Virus record (IMG/VR): IMGVR_UViG_3300024521_000001
Location: 44,391-108,390 of that record
Source of the DNA: a virus
Taxonomy: Duplodnaviria > Caudoviricetes
DNA length: 64,000 bases
Reading direction: 5' to 3' (one strand)
The notes beneath the pieces were generated by a model, which was given only the letters and a program-made list of their open reading frames with translations, searched no databases and had not been told where the DNA came from. Shown in pieces: positions 47,362 to 56,100 of the stretch; positions within the stretch are counted from its first letter, which is position 1; each line of letters starts with the position of its first letter. Made by a program: the position numbers and the translations under genes.

Positions 47362-49145
47362 CTAACATTCCCCTCTCCCCTTCGACTCAATCTGAATCCG
47401 GATCACTTCTACAGCGCACTTGGAGCAAGCGACGACAAGATACTCATTGCCGTACTCAAAGCTGACGGATAGCCCTTCGTAGTCGTGGCAGCGGGCATGA
47501 AGGAACAGAGGGCCAGCGTGTTTGTGATCGCAGCCAGGGGATTGACAGCCCTGGGCAGCGGCGTTCTCCAGATCTTCCAAATAAGCGACTTTCACCCGTG
47601 TATTCCCATTTTTACCAACCAGGGAAAGCCAGCTTTTACCCATATTTGCCAGCTTTCCCCGCACAAACACCCATTTTTACCCATATATGCCAACAATCCG
47701 CCGATTATCACAATAAAGTGATATTCCCCTAGAACGGCGGGTCCGGTTCATCCGGTTCCTCCTCGTCGACAGCTGGCCCCCCCTCGTAAACGACAATCCC
47801 TTCATCCAGGCTGTCGGCTATCCGCTCCAGCTGCAGGATCTGTTCCACCATCAACTGAGTGAAAGAGTCTGGGCCATCCTTGTCTACCAAGAGAGTCAAT
47901 CGTTCTTTCAATTCCATAGCTTCCTCCGGTTTAATTTTTGAACGCCTGACAAACTCATCAACATACCGTTGAATGCCGAGCTTCATGGGTCGATCACTTC
48001 GAGCTTGTCCGGATCCCCCGTCATTGGGCGACCCCACCCGTCATAGTAACCTTCCTTGGTGAAAAAATACTCCGTCCCGTTGGCGCATTTGATCTTGTCC
48101 AGGTGCTTCCCCTCCGTCACTTCCACTGGCAACTCCAGCCGAATTTTCTTGCACTTCCCATCCTCATAGACCACCACCAGGAACATTTCAAATATCCCCA
48201 ATCCGCATTTTAATATCCGATTTCGGTGTTTTAATATCAGGTGAAGGACACCAAATCCCCGCGCCCGAGAGAACCAGCAGAAGGAACCACAAGAGCAGAG
48301 TGATGTTGATTCTCATTGCTTCTTGACTTTGGTTTCCATCGTGAACACTGGAACTGGCGTCCCATCCCACATCACAAAATACCCGTACCGACAGCCCAGG
48401 ACCGGATCATCCAGCGGTCCCATGCTCCCCACGATCTTTCCTCGCTGGCCATCAGGGTGACCGTCTTTCGGTTGAGAGTTTTGCTTCTCTACCAGCGTCC
48501 CGTTCGGCATGGCCCCCTCTGCTTCCTCGTTCGAAAATACGAAGCTCATTCGTGCGGTCCTGTCGGGTTCTCCCTCTGCTCGTTGGCCCACTTCAGAAAT
48601 GCGACCATTTCGCATTCCGAAGGAATCCCCCCGGTGTGTTCGATCCAGTCTGCCAGCAATTCATCCAGCATCCGGTGTAGATACTTGTGTCGCTTTTTGT
48701 GGGATTCCAGATCTGTGACAGGTAAGTATTCGTGTTCCATCCCTATCCCAATGTTTCCGCTCTAACATTCCCTGAGTAGGTCCCTCACTGAATCGCCCCG
48801 GCCCCGCCCACATTGAGGGGTATGGTTGGGGTTTAACCCGCGCGAGGCCCAGGGCGAACTTAAATCATCTGCGCTGCGTATGCTAACAATCCCCAATCAA
48901 GAAACGTACTTCAGTTCCTCGAACTGCTCGAAGATCGCCCTCGCTATCTTCTCAGGCAGCTTCGATCCGTTGTCCAAAGTGAATTTCTCATCATGCGAGA
49001 TCGACTGGCCCTGCACCGCTGCACAGTAAGCCGACCACGCTCCCTCGATCCGCGTCCGCGCTACCACCATCACGTTCGGTCCCAAGCTGTACCTCGCTAT
49101 CACTGGCTTAAATTCGGAGCCTGTAACTTCACTCGTTTCAACCAT
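47362..49145 (-). other. cluster of small hypothetical genes (47362-47670, 47729-47986, 47983-48201, 48313-48549, 48546-48740, 48897-49145)
   Basis: Co-oriented and mostly overlapping short ORFs. Confidence 0.55.
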
Positions 49146-49565
49146 TCTTTCACTCCTTTCAGTTCCTCTCTCGTGCTAACATTTCCCCGGAAGCCTACTG
49201 CCTAACATTCCCCGCATGACAAACAACTAACATTCCCTTGATTAAATAACCGCCCTGGCCGATCCTTTCGGAACACCCCATTGTCAAAGACCAAGGAGCG
49301 ATCCACGACCAGGGCGAAAAAGAGATGTTCTTATGACTCGCGCAGTTTCCCTTTCAGGCTCGGAGTCAAGCACACACCCCAGGAAGCGCAGAAAGAGGAT
49401 AACACGTCCAGGTGTGTATGTGTAGGTCAAAGCGGAGAGAAAAAAAATAAAATTACTGATACGCGGTTACAGGGTAAGCATAGAGCATGGAGTTAGGGAC
49501 TCCTGCTCCGCTGGAGGATTCCGAGGATTCGGACCCCTTCCTTACTCCCTTCCTTCCTTCTTTCT

Positions 49566-49636
49566 TCGGTCTGGTCTGGTCGGCCTGGTCTGGGTGGTGG
49601 TGGTCTGGTCTGGCTGGTCTGGTCTGGTGGACTGGC
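49566..49636. repeat. GGTCT/CTGG/GGT low-complexity tract in the divergent intergenic region
   Basis: cggtctggtctggtcggcctggtctgggtggtggtggtctggtctggctggtctggtctggtggactgg, preceded by a polypyrimidine tract. Confidence 0.8.
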
Positions 49637-49915
49637 CGATGGTGAGCCGCCGACAAATATGCTCCCCGCGTCACCGGCCAGTCCGTTTCGTTTGAGCGTG
49701 AACCATCCTATACTATCCCCTTGCCTACTTCGAGTAAACGCTGTCACGGCCATCCTCGTCGCATCTATTCGTGAGATCGGTGTCCCGTAGACTCCTGACT
49801 ACGGGACAGGCCAATTCGAGGATTTGACCGCTGGTTCCACTGGCTTGTGGCCTGCACATTCTCAAGGGTTTGCGGGACACCATCGAGCGAAATCGAGCGG
49901 CCAGTCATTTGGACG

Positions 49916-49945
49916 TTGACCATGGTCATACGATCATGGTAATAT
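49916..49945 (+). promoter_or_regulatory. sigma70-like early promoter overlapping an inverted repeat
   Basis: TTGACC-N18-TAATAT with a TG extension; imperfect palindrome ACCATGGTC-ATAC-GATCATGGT; a 20-mer recurs at 54337. Confidence 0.75.
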
Positions 49946-49969
49946 GAATATAAGAAAGGATAGGGAAAT

Positions 49970-50152
49970 ATGAGAACACCAAAAGACCAGCAAGTTTCAA
50001 CACTCCACACCGAGCGAATCACCAAGGCAATCAAAGCCGAGCCAGTCACTGAGGAGGAGATTGATATCTTCGCTCAGTATGCTCCGCACCAAGTCGAGAG
50101 CCACTGGGATGCTATCGCCAATCACATCTACACCATGGGTTTAGGGGAATAG
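49970..50152 (+). CDS. first early gene, hypothetical
   Basis: GGATAGGGAA leader, directly after the promoter. Confidence 0.65.
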   Translation: MRTPKDQQVSTLHTERITKAIKAEPVTEEEIDIFAQYAPHQVESHWDAIANHIYTMGLGE

Positions 50153-50229
50153 TTCCCCCCCCCTGGTTCGTGTTTTCCTCTACCTGGACACGGACCCGGC
50201 TGCAAGGTAGGGAGAAGGATAGGGAATCC

Positions 50230-50493
50230 ATGTTTGACGAAAGCCTAGACAAAGAAATCGCAACCAAGGAAGTCTACTCCGTGGGTGGGGTCAGATTGAC
50301 GGTCGGGATTTACCAGTACAACGGAAGCACACCCAAGGTCCAGATCAAAAGAGAACGCAACACCAAGAACGGTTCTTGGAAGTTTGCCAAGCTGGGCAGA
50401 CTGACAGCCGACGAGGTGAGACAGGTCACCACTGGCTTACAGTGGGCAGCCGAAACGCTGGACACAATGGACGGAGAAGGGAGCCAAGTATGA
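50230..50493 (+). CDS. PC4-like single-stranded nucleic-acid-binding protein (tentative)
   Basis: Start MFDESLD; LTVGIYQYNG.PKVQIKR...W.FAKLGRLT. Confidence 0.5.
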   Translation: MFDESLDKEIATKEVYSVGGVRLTVGIYQYNGSTPKVQIKRERNTKNGSWKFAKLGRLTADEVRQVTTGLQWAAETLDTMDGEGSQV

Positions 50494-50783
50494 AAAACCA
50501 GTACGCAGTTACACCGGCACAAATGAGGGAGAAGTTAGCTCCCATGTATCGGGATGCAATGGCAGTTCAGGACGCGTGTAATCTTTCGGGAGTCGTTTCC
50601 TCGTTTGCTCGTCACATGCACACGCTATGCGAAATGGGATTCGATACGGACCAGAGGAACCGGCATCCGGTTAGCATTCTCTTCTCCAGCAAGATCGCCA
50701 GTCTGACAGGGAGCGAGTCACTGACTGCATTCTCCGAAGCGTACGAACGTGCAACGGAAGTAAATGAAGGGAGCCAAGTATGA
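50490..50783 (+). CDS. hypothetical protein
   Basis: Start MKNQYAV; AMAVQDACNLSGVVSSF...NRHP. Confidence 0.7.
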   Translation: MKNQYAVTPAQMREKLAPMYRDAMAVQDACNLSGVVSSFARHMHTLCEMGFDTDQRNRHPVSILFSSKIASLTGSESLTAFSEAYERATEVNEGSQV

Positions 50784-51019
50784 AAGCACCAGCAATCCAG
50801 TTTGCCAAGATCCCCAACAATATCATCGGTCATTTGTTCCTTTGGGTTTTACGTCGATGGTTAAACAGTGACCGCTACTCACTCGTGACCAGAGGAAGAA
50901 AACCCAGACGTGTTATCCGCTACTCCTATGACGTGCCAAAGGCGAACGCGCAACAGTTGGGAATCTACATCGTTGACCGATGGGAGAACAAGATGAGGAT
51001 GGAAGGGAGCCGAGTATGA
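50780..51019 (+). CDS. hypothetical protein
   Basis: ATGA-coupled on both sides. Confidence 0.6.
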   Translation: MKAPAIQFAKIPNNIIGHLFLWVLRRWLNSDRYSLVTRGRKPRRVIRYSYDVPKANAQQLGIYIVDRWENKMRMEGSRV

Positions 51020-51441
51020 TCCAAGCGAATTTTGTGAACGATCAACACATCACACCAGACGACAGGGACCACGATATTCTGACCGCTCGTGTCTACCAGT
51101 GGGACAAAAGAGAAGGCGCAAGGGTAGGGGATTATATCGAGTTTGCCGATGGTGTCACACACCGATTCTCACACGATTGGGGTAAGGAGGAGGGGATGGG
51201 AATCCAGACCAGTCCCATCGGAGGTAGCTTCTACTTCGGTGACGGTTACCTGAGTTATTCGGGTGGACTGGAGCCTTGCATCCAACACGATCAACTGGAA
51301 GACACCGGAGAGCAGCGGTTAGGATCGGTCTGGTTCTTCCATCGTGATTACCACACGGCCCACAATGGAATCAATGCGGTGATCCCTTGCAGAGTGTTCA
51401 AGACTTCGGCCAATAGCGACCACTGGAAGGGAGGAGAATGA
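51016..51441 (+). CDS. DUF4121-like mobile-element protein
   Basis: RVGDY...RFSHDWG...IQT...GSFY...YSGGL...WFFH. Confidence 0.65.
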   Translation: MIQANFVNDQHITPDDRDHDILTARVYQWDKREGARVGDYIEFADGVTHRFSHDWGKEEGMGIQTSPIGGSFYFGDGYLSYSGGLEPCIQHDQLEDTGEQRLGSVWFFHRDYHTAHNGINAVIPCRVFKTSANSDHWKGGE

Positions 51442-51791
51442 TGCACGTTATCCACCTACCAGCTAGTACCAAAACGGTGAGTGTCGGTCACTACGTCCAA
51501 GCCTGGAAGGATTGCAAGGCTGCACCAGTTGGCACGGCCTACAGTCACGGCCTATGTGGATGGTCACCGACAACACGCGAGAGAATACTGCGCGAGTTTG
51601 AGGAAGGGATGCACGATAGGATCAACAGGAAGATCGAAGGCTATGGAGTCGGCAGGAAATGGGACAGCGATTACCAGAGGGACATGGGACACGCTGCCAG
51701 GGCTGTGAATACTGCGCGTCTGATTGTTCGGTATGTCCCCATGGATCTTCGCAAACGGTTAGCACATCGGCTCTATAAGGAGGAAGAATAA
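51438..51791 (+). CDS. hypothetical protein
   Basis: GGGAGG SD; FEEGMHDRINR. Confidence 0.65.
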   Translation: MMHVIHLPASTKTVSVGHYVQAWKDCKAAPVGTAYSHGLCGWSPTTRERILREFEEGMHDRINRKIEGYGVGRKWDSDYQRDMGHAARAVNTARLIVRYVPMDLRKRLAHRLYKEEE

Positions 51792-51794
51792 CCA

Positions 51795-51855
51795 TAGCGT
51801 GGCAACACCGCTTCGTGACTCCGTCGCGGGGGGGTGTGGCTGCACTAAAGCAGTC
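51795..51855 (+). ncRNA. structured intergenic motif, copy 1
   Basis: Long hairpin plus an overlapping 3' hairpin; similar elements at 52920 and 53217. Confidence 0.7.
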
Positions 51856-51869
51856 AGGAAGGGGATAGG

Positions 51870-52067
51870 ATGAGACAATTAAGCAAACGCGAACAACGTC
51901 AACGTCAGGCTTGGATGAGTCGGTTCGATACTCTGATGACCGAGCGAAAACCAGAGACAGCGGGAAGGCAGGATTGGGACACCGCTCTGTTTTACTACCT
52001 CCAAGGTGTGACACCGCTAGAGGCAGTCGAGTTTATATGCCAACCAAAACCGGAAGGGATCGAATAA
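51870..52067 (+). CDS. hypothetical protein
   Basis: 65 aa with GGATAGG leader. Confidence 0.6.
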   Translation: MRQLSKREQRQRQAWMSRFDTLMTERKPETAGRQDWDTALFYYLQGVTPLEAVEFICQPKPEGIE

Positions 52068-52900
52068 TGACACCGATAGTCGAAGTGAAGCTATGGAAGT
52101 ATGACGCGATCATGGTCAACACGTCAGGCGGGAAGGATAGCCAGACCGCGTTGAGGGCTGTTGTCCAGTTGGCAAAGCGTCAAGGCTATCCCTTGTCACG
52201 CATCGAGGCAGCACACGCGGATCTTGATAAGGTCGAGTGGGAAGGCTGTCCAGAATTAGCCCGAGAACAAGCAGAGCATTATGGCGTGAGGTTTAGCGTG
52301 GTCAGGCGAAGAACCAAAGACGGTGATGAGAGTACGAATCTTCTGGACTACGTCAGACAGCGAGGAATGTGGCCTAGCAACACGGCACGATACTGCACCA
52401 GTGACTTTAAGAGAACGCCATGCAGCCGAGTGTTGACCGCGCTGGACAGGAAAGTACGCAGGGACAGGAGACACCACACCAAGATCCTGAACGTCTTTGG
52501 GTTCAGAGCGGAGGAATCACCAGCACGGAAGAAGAAGCCAGTCTTTGAGAGGAACAAGACCGCGAGTACCAAGAGCCGCACGGTTTACAACTGGCTACCG
52601 ATTCACAACTGGACGGAGGTCGAAGTCTGGGCAGATATCAAGGCTTCGGGAGTACGACACCATCGAGCGTATGACATTGGAATGCCGAGGCTGTCTTGTT
52701 GCTTTTGCATCTTCGCGCCAAAGGCTGCCTTGGTGATCGCGGGGAAGGATAAGCCAGAGCTACTCCAAGAGTACGTCGATGTGGAAAGGGAGATCGGTCA
52801 CACGTTCAGGGTTAACCTGTCACTGGCCGAAGTTCAAAGAGCAGTACAGGAAGATGAGCAGCCAGACTTAGTCGCGCTAGACGGAGCCTGGAACATGTAG
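52067..52900 (+). CDS. PAPS-reductase-family (PP-loop) protein
   Basis: Start MTPIVEV; SGGKDS PP-loop, RYCTSDFK, GFRAEESPAR and RLSCCFC. Confidence 0.9.
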   Translation: MTPIVEVKLWKYDAIMVNTSGGKDSQTALRAVVQLAKRQGYPLSRIEAAHADLDKVEWEGCPELAREQAEHYGVRFSVVRRRTKDGDESTNLLDYVRQRGMWPSNTARYCTSDFKRTPCSRVLTALDRKVRRDRRHHTKILNVFGFRAEESPARKKKPVFERNKTASTKSRTVYNWLPIHNWTEVEVWADIKASGVRHHRAYDIGMPRLSCCFCIFAPKAALVIAGKDKPELLQEYVDVEREIGHTFRVNLSLAEVQRAVQEDEQPDLVALDGAWNM

Positions 52901-52919
52901 GGAGGAGGATAACAATGTA

Positions 52920-52980
52920 TCCGTGACGCAATAACGCTCCGTGACTTGTCGCGGGGCGTGGTGGCTGCACGGAGTAGCCA
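52920..52980 (+). ncRNA. structured intergenic motif, copy 2
   Basis: TCCGTG/CACGGA pairing replaces TAGCG/CACTA of copy 1. Confidence 0.7.
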
Positions 52981-53015
52981 AATGGCGGTAGACCGCCGGA
53001 AAGGATAGGGAAACC

Positions 53016-53219
53016 ATGGGAACATCAACACAGCTTCCCACACTGGACCAAGCGAGGATGGACACCGGCCAACTGGCCGAGGCTGTCTTGTTTCGTCCGG
53101 GTCAAGGCCAGGGAGTACCGTTTTATCGCGGTTACTGGTGTCACGAGTGTGGCTCCAACTTCAGGCCAGCAATCAAGGCGCAGCGAGTCTGCGTGTGTTG
53201 TGCAAGGACCGAAGTCTAG
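53016..53219 (+). CDS. small Zn-finger protein
   Basis: CHEC...CVCC. Confidence 0.55.
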   Translation: MGTSTQLPTLDQARMDTGQLAEAVLFRPGQGQGVPFYRGYWCHECGSNFRPAIKAQRVCVCCARTEV

Positions 53220-53281
53220 CATGGCAGAACCGCTCCCCGCGACTTCGTCGCGGGGGGTGTGTCGGCTGTACTATCAGTCGG
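53217..53281 (+). ncRNA. structured intergenic motif, copy 3
   Basis: CCCCGCGAC-TTC-GTCGCGGGG core with the same flanking stems. Confidence 0.7.
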
Positions 53282-53299
53282 GAAAGAAAGGATAGGGAA

Positions 53300-53626
53300 A
53301 TGATTCACTACCAAAGAAAGTACCAAGTAAAGAAGTACCTCACCGTTGACGAGTTGACGGAGGCTCTGATTGAACGCACATGGACGGTGTCCAGTGGCTT
53401 CGAGTTGGAGGGTCTACTGTTTTTCAATGACGCGTTCAGTGAAGACGGAGCGCAGGAGTACGCAGTCTACCGCGACGGCCAGCAGATCGAGAGCATTACA
53501 TTCAGTTGGTGCAACTACGACAGAGCCAAGGAGATCATCTTGGAACTGGTCGAAGGTACGCTCGATACTGCTGATATGTTTACCGGCAGGATTCAACCAC
53601 AGTTCACCATAGTGGGGAGCCTGTAA
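53300..53626 (+). CDS. hypothetical protein
   Basis: Start MIHYQRK; FNDAFSEDGAQEYAV...QIESITFSW. Confidence 0.7.
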   Translation: MIHYQRKYQVKKYLTVDELTEALIERTWTVSSGFELEGLLFFNDAFSEDGAQEYAVYRDGQQIESITFSWCNYDRAKEIILELVEGTLDTADMFTGRIQPQFTIVGSL

Positions 53627-54090
53627 TGACGAAGGGGAAAGCCTACTCAATCAAGGAAGTGTTTCTCACCGTCAGGGATAAGCCAGTGGTTCCCGTCGTC
53701 TTGGGGAAGTTCAAGGCAAAGGTGGTCAATAGTCAGGAAGTCTTTAGAGCATTTGTCTCCCTGAATGAGCGGGACGTTGAGCAGTTCATAGCTCTCCACC
53801 TGGATACGGGTAACTCTGTACGCTCGATTCATGTGGTGTCCAGTGGCATTGTCAATGCTGCCTTGGTTCATTGTCGGGAAGTATTCCGCGCGGCAATCGT
53901 CAACGGAGCCACTAAGATCATCGTGCTACACAATCACCCGAGCGGATCCCCATCACCGAGCGAAGAAGACGTGAGCATCACGGAGAAGCTCGTAAAGGCG
54001 GGAAAGATCATCGGTATCCCTGTGCTGGATCACATCATAGTGGGTGGTTCAACCTACTACAGTTTTGCTGACAAAGGGAGGATGGGATAG
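53626..54090 (+). CDS. radC: RadC-like JAB-domain protein
   Basis: REVFRAAI...HNHPSGSPSPSEED...LDHIIVG. Confidence 0.95.
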   Translation: MTKGKAYSIKEVFLTVRDKPVVPVVLGKFKAKVVNSQEVFRAFVSLNERDVEQFIALHLDTGNSVRSIHVVSSGIVNAALVHCREVFRAAIVNGATKIIVLHNHPSGSPSPSEEDVSITEKLVKAGKIIGIPVLDHIIVGGSTYYSFADKGRMG

Positions 54091-54644
54091 TGGCATACAA
54101 CAAGAAGAAAGCCTACAAGCTGAGTGACGCGGAGAAACAGATGGCAAGCGGGTATGTTGGATGCCCTATCAAGCGAACGCGGATTCAGGTCGCGTTATGC
54201 GGAAAGATGCAAGCCGAGTGCCGAAAGAAGTGTGAGCAGATGAACATGGGGAATGGTTGCCAACACCTTGATTACACCGAGGCAACGGACGCATGGACCG
54301 AGTATCAACGAGCGAAACAGGGCTAAAAGTGTGTGTATGGTCATACGATCATGGTACACTAACAGAAAAGGAGGATAGGGAATATGCCGAAGGCTACGTT
54401 TGAGATCCAAAAGCAACCCAAACCCACAAAGGAAATGCCCTGGACGTTTTCGATTCTGGAGGAGAACGACGAGGGTGACCCCAACCCTGACACATGGGTG
54501 GTCGCCAAAGATGAGGGTGAGTACATTCACGGTATCTGCACCGAGAGGGGCTTGGAACATGCCCACGATTGGGCCATGTGGAACTACGGTTACACCGGCT
54601 TCCGAGCGCACCTTCCGGGGGAGCCTTGGGAGCCAGTATTTTGA
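54090..54644 (+). other. two small hypothetical genes (54090-54326 and 54384-54644)
   Basis: A Cys-rich ORF, and an ORF preceded by the promoter-like repeat and GGATAGGGAA. Confidence 0.6.
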
Positions 54645-54660
54645 AAGGAGGTAAGCAATA

Positions 54661-54733
54661 GCGAAAAGGCCAGGGGTAACCTTGGTCTTTGCTCCGTGAG
54701 TCAACCTAGTCGGAGCCTGACGAGCATGGTTGA
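54661..54733 (+). ncRNA. type II hammerhead ribozyme with pseudoknot
   Basis: GC-GAAA-[stem III AGGCCAGGG/GUAA/CCUUGGUCU]-UU-[stem I GCUCCG/CGGAGC]-CUGACGA-GC; loop I UCAACC pairs with 3' GGUUGA. Confidence 0.85.
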
Positions 54734-54754
54734 GGAAAAAAAGGAGGATAGGAA

Positions 54755-55459
54755 ATGGGTAAAGCAAAGGCCGTAACAGCGGAAGCATTGTTCAATGCTC
54801 CCGAGATCCAAACCGCACCGAAGCCGAAGAAGGGCAAAAGCACAAACAGACTGGTGGTTCCCTTCATTGACTTCGACCTTGTCGCTGCACTTGGCATAGT
54901 TGAGAAGGCGATCAAGTCTGTATCGGTGCAGATGAAAGACGCGATCAAGGAACTGGCTACGGATGAGTTCGTAACGCAGATCCTTGCGACAGGGACCAAG
55001 CCTGACAGCTTCACCGCGAGGGGTGACCATGCTACGGGTCTGGTAAGTCTGCGTAAACGTGGAAGCAACACCAGACTGGACGAGGAAACCGCGCTCAAGC
55101 TGATCGAGAAGGGCATCCATGTTGACGAGATCGAAGCAGTACCGGAGCGTTTGGTTATCAACCCTGAAATTCTGAAGGACCAGAAGATCATCGGAGCGGT
55201 AGCCGAAGCAATCCAGAACCACCCGAAGCTGAAAGGCGTGACGGTGGTAATGAAGCAGACCGCCGAGAAGCACTACGCGGTGAGTGAGCAGACGCTCCCA
55301 CAGTTGGCACACGCAGCAGAGAAGGAAGACGAGTTGCGTGAAGTGTTGGGCAAGCTGGCCGTGATAAGTGTTGGCCGGTTCGTGCTGGAAGACTGCAAGG
55401 ACAGCGGAGAGCAGAAAAAGAAGGCTCTCAAGATTCTGTTTGACGCGGAGATCCTGTAA
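54755..55459 (+). CDS. hypothetical protein
   Basis: 234 aa with AGGAGG SD. Confidence 0.75.
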   Translation: MGKAKAVTAEALFNAPEIQTAPKPKKGKSTNRLVVPFIDFDLVAALGIVEKAIKSVSVQMKDAIKELATDEFVTQILATGTKPDSFTARGDHATGLVSLRKRGSNTRLDEETALKLIEKGIHVDEIEAVPERLVINPEILKDQKIIGAVAEAIQNHPKLKGVTVVMKQTAEKHYAVSEQTLPQLAHAAEKEDELREVLGKLAVISVGRFVLEDCKDSGEQKKKALKILFDAEIL

Positions 55460-55462
55460 GGC

Positions 55463-56089
55463 ATGAGCTTCAGCGAGTGGCGGTATCTATTCCCCCCCCG
55501 GCCAGAGTCGGCGGTGACGTGCGACTTGATACGCATGTATCAACGGCGGGGGTGGGTTGGTCAGTTCAAGAAGAACGGGACCTGTGCTGTTATTGGCATC
55601 GGTCCCGAGCAGACCTTCCAGTGGTTCAACAGACACCAAGACACGCTGAAGTGGGAGCCTCCACCAGACACGGTCCAGTTGCTTTGGGAAATGTTCGGAA
55701 GCAAGGCATGGACCGTGTTGATAGGGGAGTTAATCCATTCCAAGGTGAAGGACATTAGGAACCGGCTGTACCTCTTTGATTACGTTGTGTTGGAGGGTCA
55801 CTACGCCCTTGGTTCGACGTTTACGGAGCGTCAGAGCGTGTTGTATGAGCGGGTTGAGCCGTTTATTGCAGCCGAATCGAAGTCACACTACTTGGCTTCG
55901 CGGAATGTCTGGTTAGCCAGGACGATCAAGAAGGAACTTACGAGCGTGTTTCATGCGATCACCAGTCCAGAGGACGAAGGGCTAGTGTTGAAAGATCCAT
56001 GGGGCAAGCTGCGCGATTGCGAGCGGGAGAATACCAACGGCCATTGGCAAGTGAAGGTAAGACACCCGAGAACCAACTTTGCATTTTAG
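55463..56089 (+). CDS. minimal ATP-dependent ligase/nucleotidyltransferase-domain protein
   Basis: Motif I QFKKNG, III LIGEL, IIIa YLFD, IV EGLVLK and V WQVKVR; no OB domain. Confidence 0.8.
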   Translation: MSFSEWRYLFPPRPESAVTCDLIRMYQRRGWVGQFKKNGTCAVIGIGPEQTFQWFNRHQDTLKWEPPPDTVQLLWEMFGSKAWTVLIGELIHSKVKDIRNRLYLFDYVVLEGHYALGSTFTERQSVLYERVEPFIAAESKSHYLASRNVWLARTIKKELTSVFHAITSPEDEGLVLKDPWGKLRDCERENTNGHWQVKVRHPRTNFAF

Positions 56090-56100
56090 GAGGATAGGGA

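Noticed and set aside
130-49000. Plus-strand ORFs across the left arm (and minus-strand ORFs in the right arm)
   Set aside because: They are antisense shadows of tightly packed genes and have no recognisable motifs.
51933-51950. CTGATGA...GAAA as a second hammerhead
   Set aside because: It lies inside a coding region, stem II cannot form (C opposite C), and I found no stems I or III.
51795-53281. Integron attC sites
   Set aside because: No RYYYAAC/GTTRRRY ends and no integron integrase; the many G.U pairs favour an RNA structure.
44521-54339. GTGTGTATG at 44521, 49412 and 54331
   Set aside because: Short and low-complexity; three copies are too few to support a functional call.
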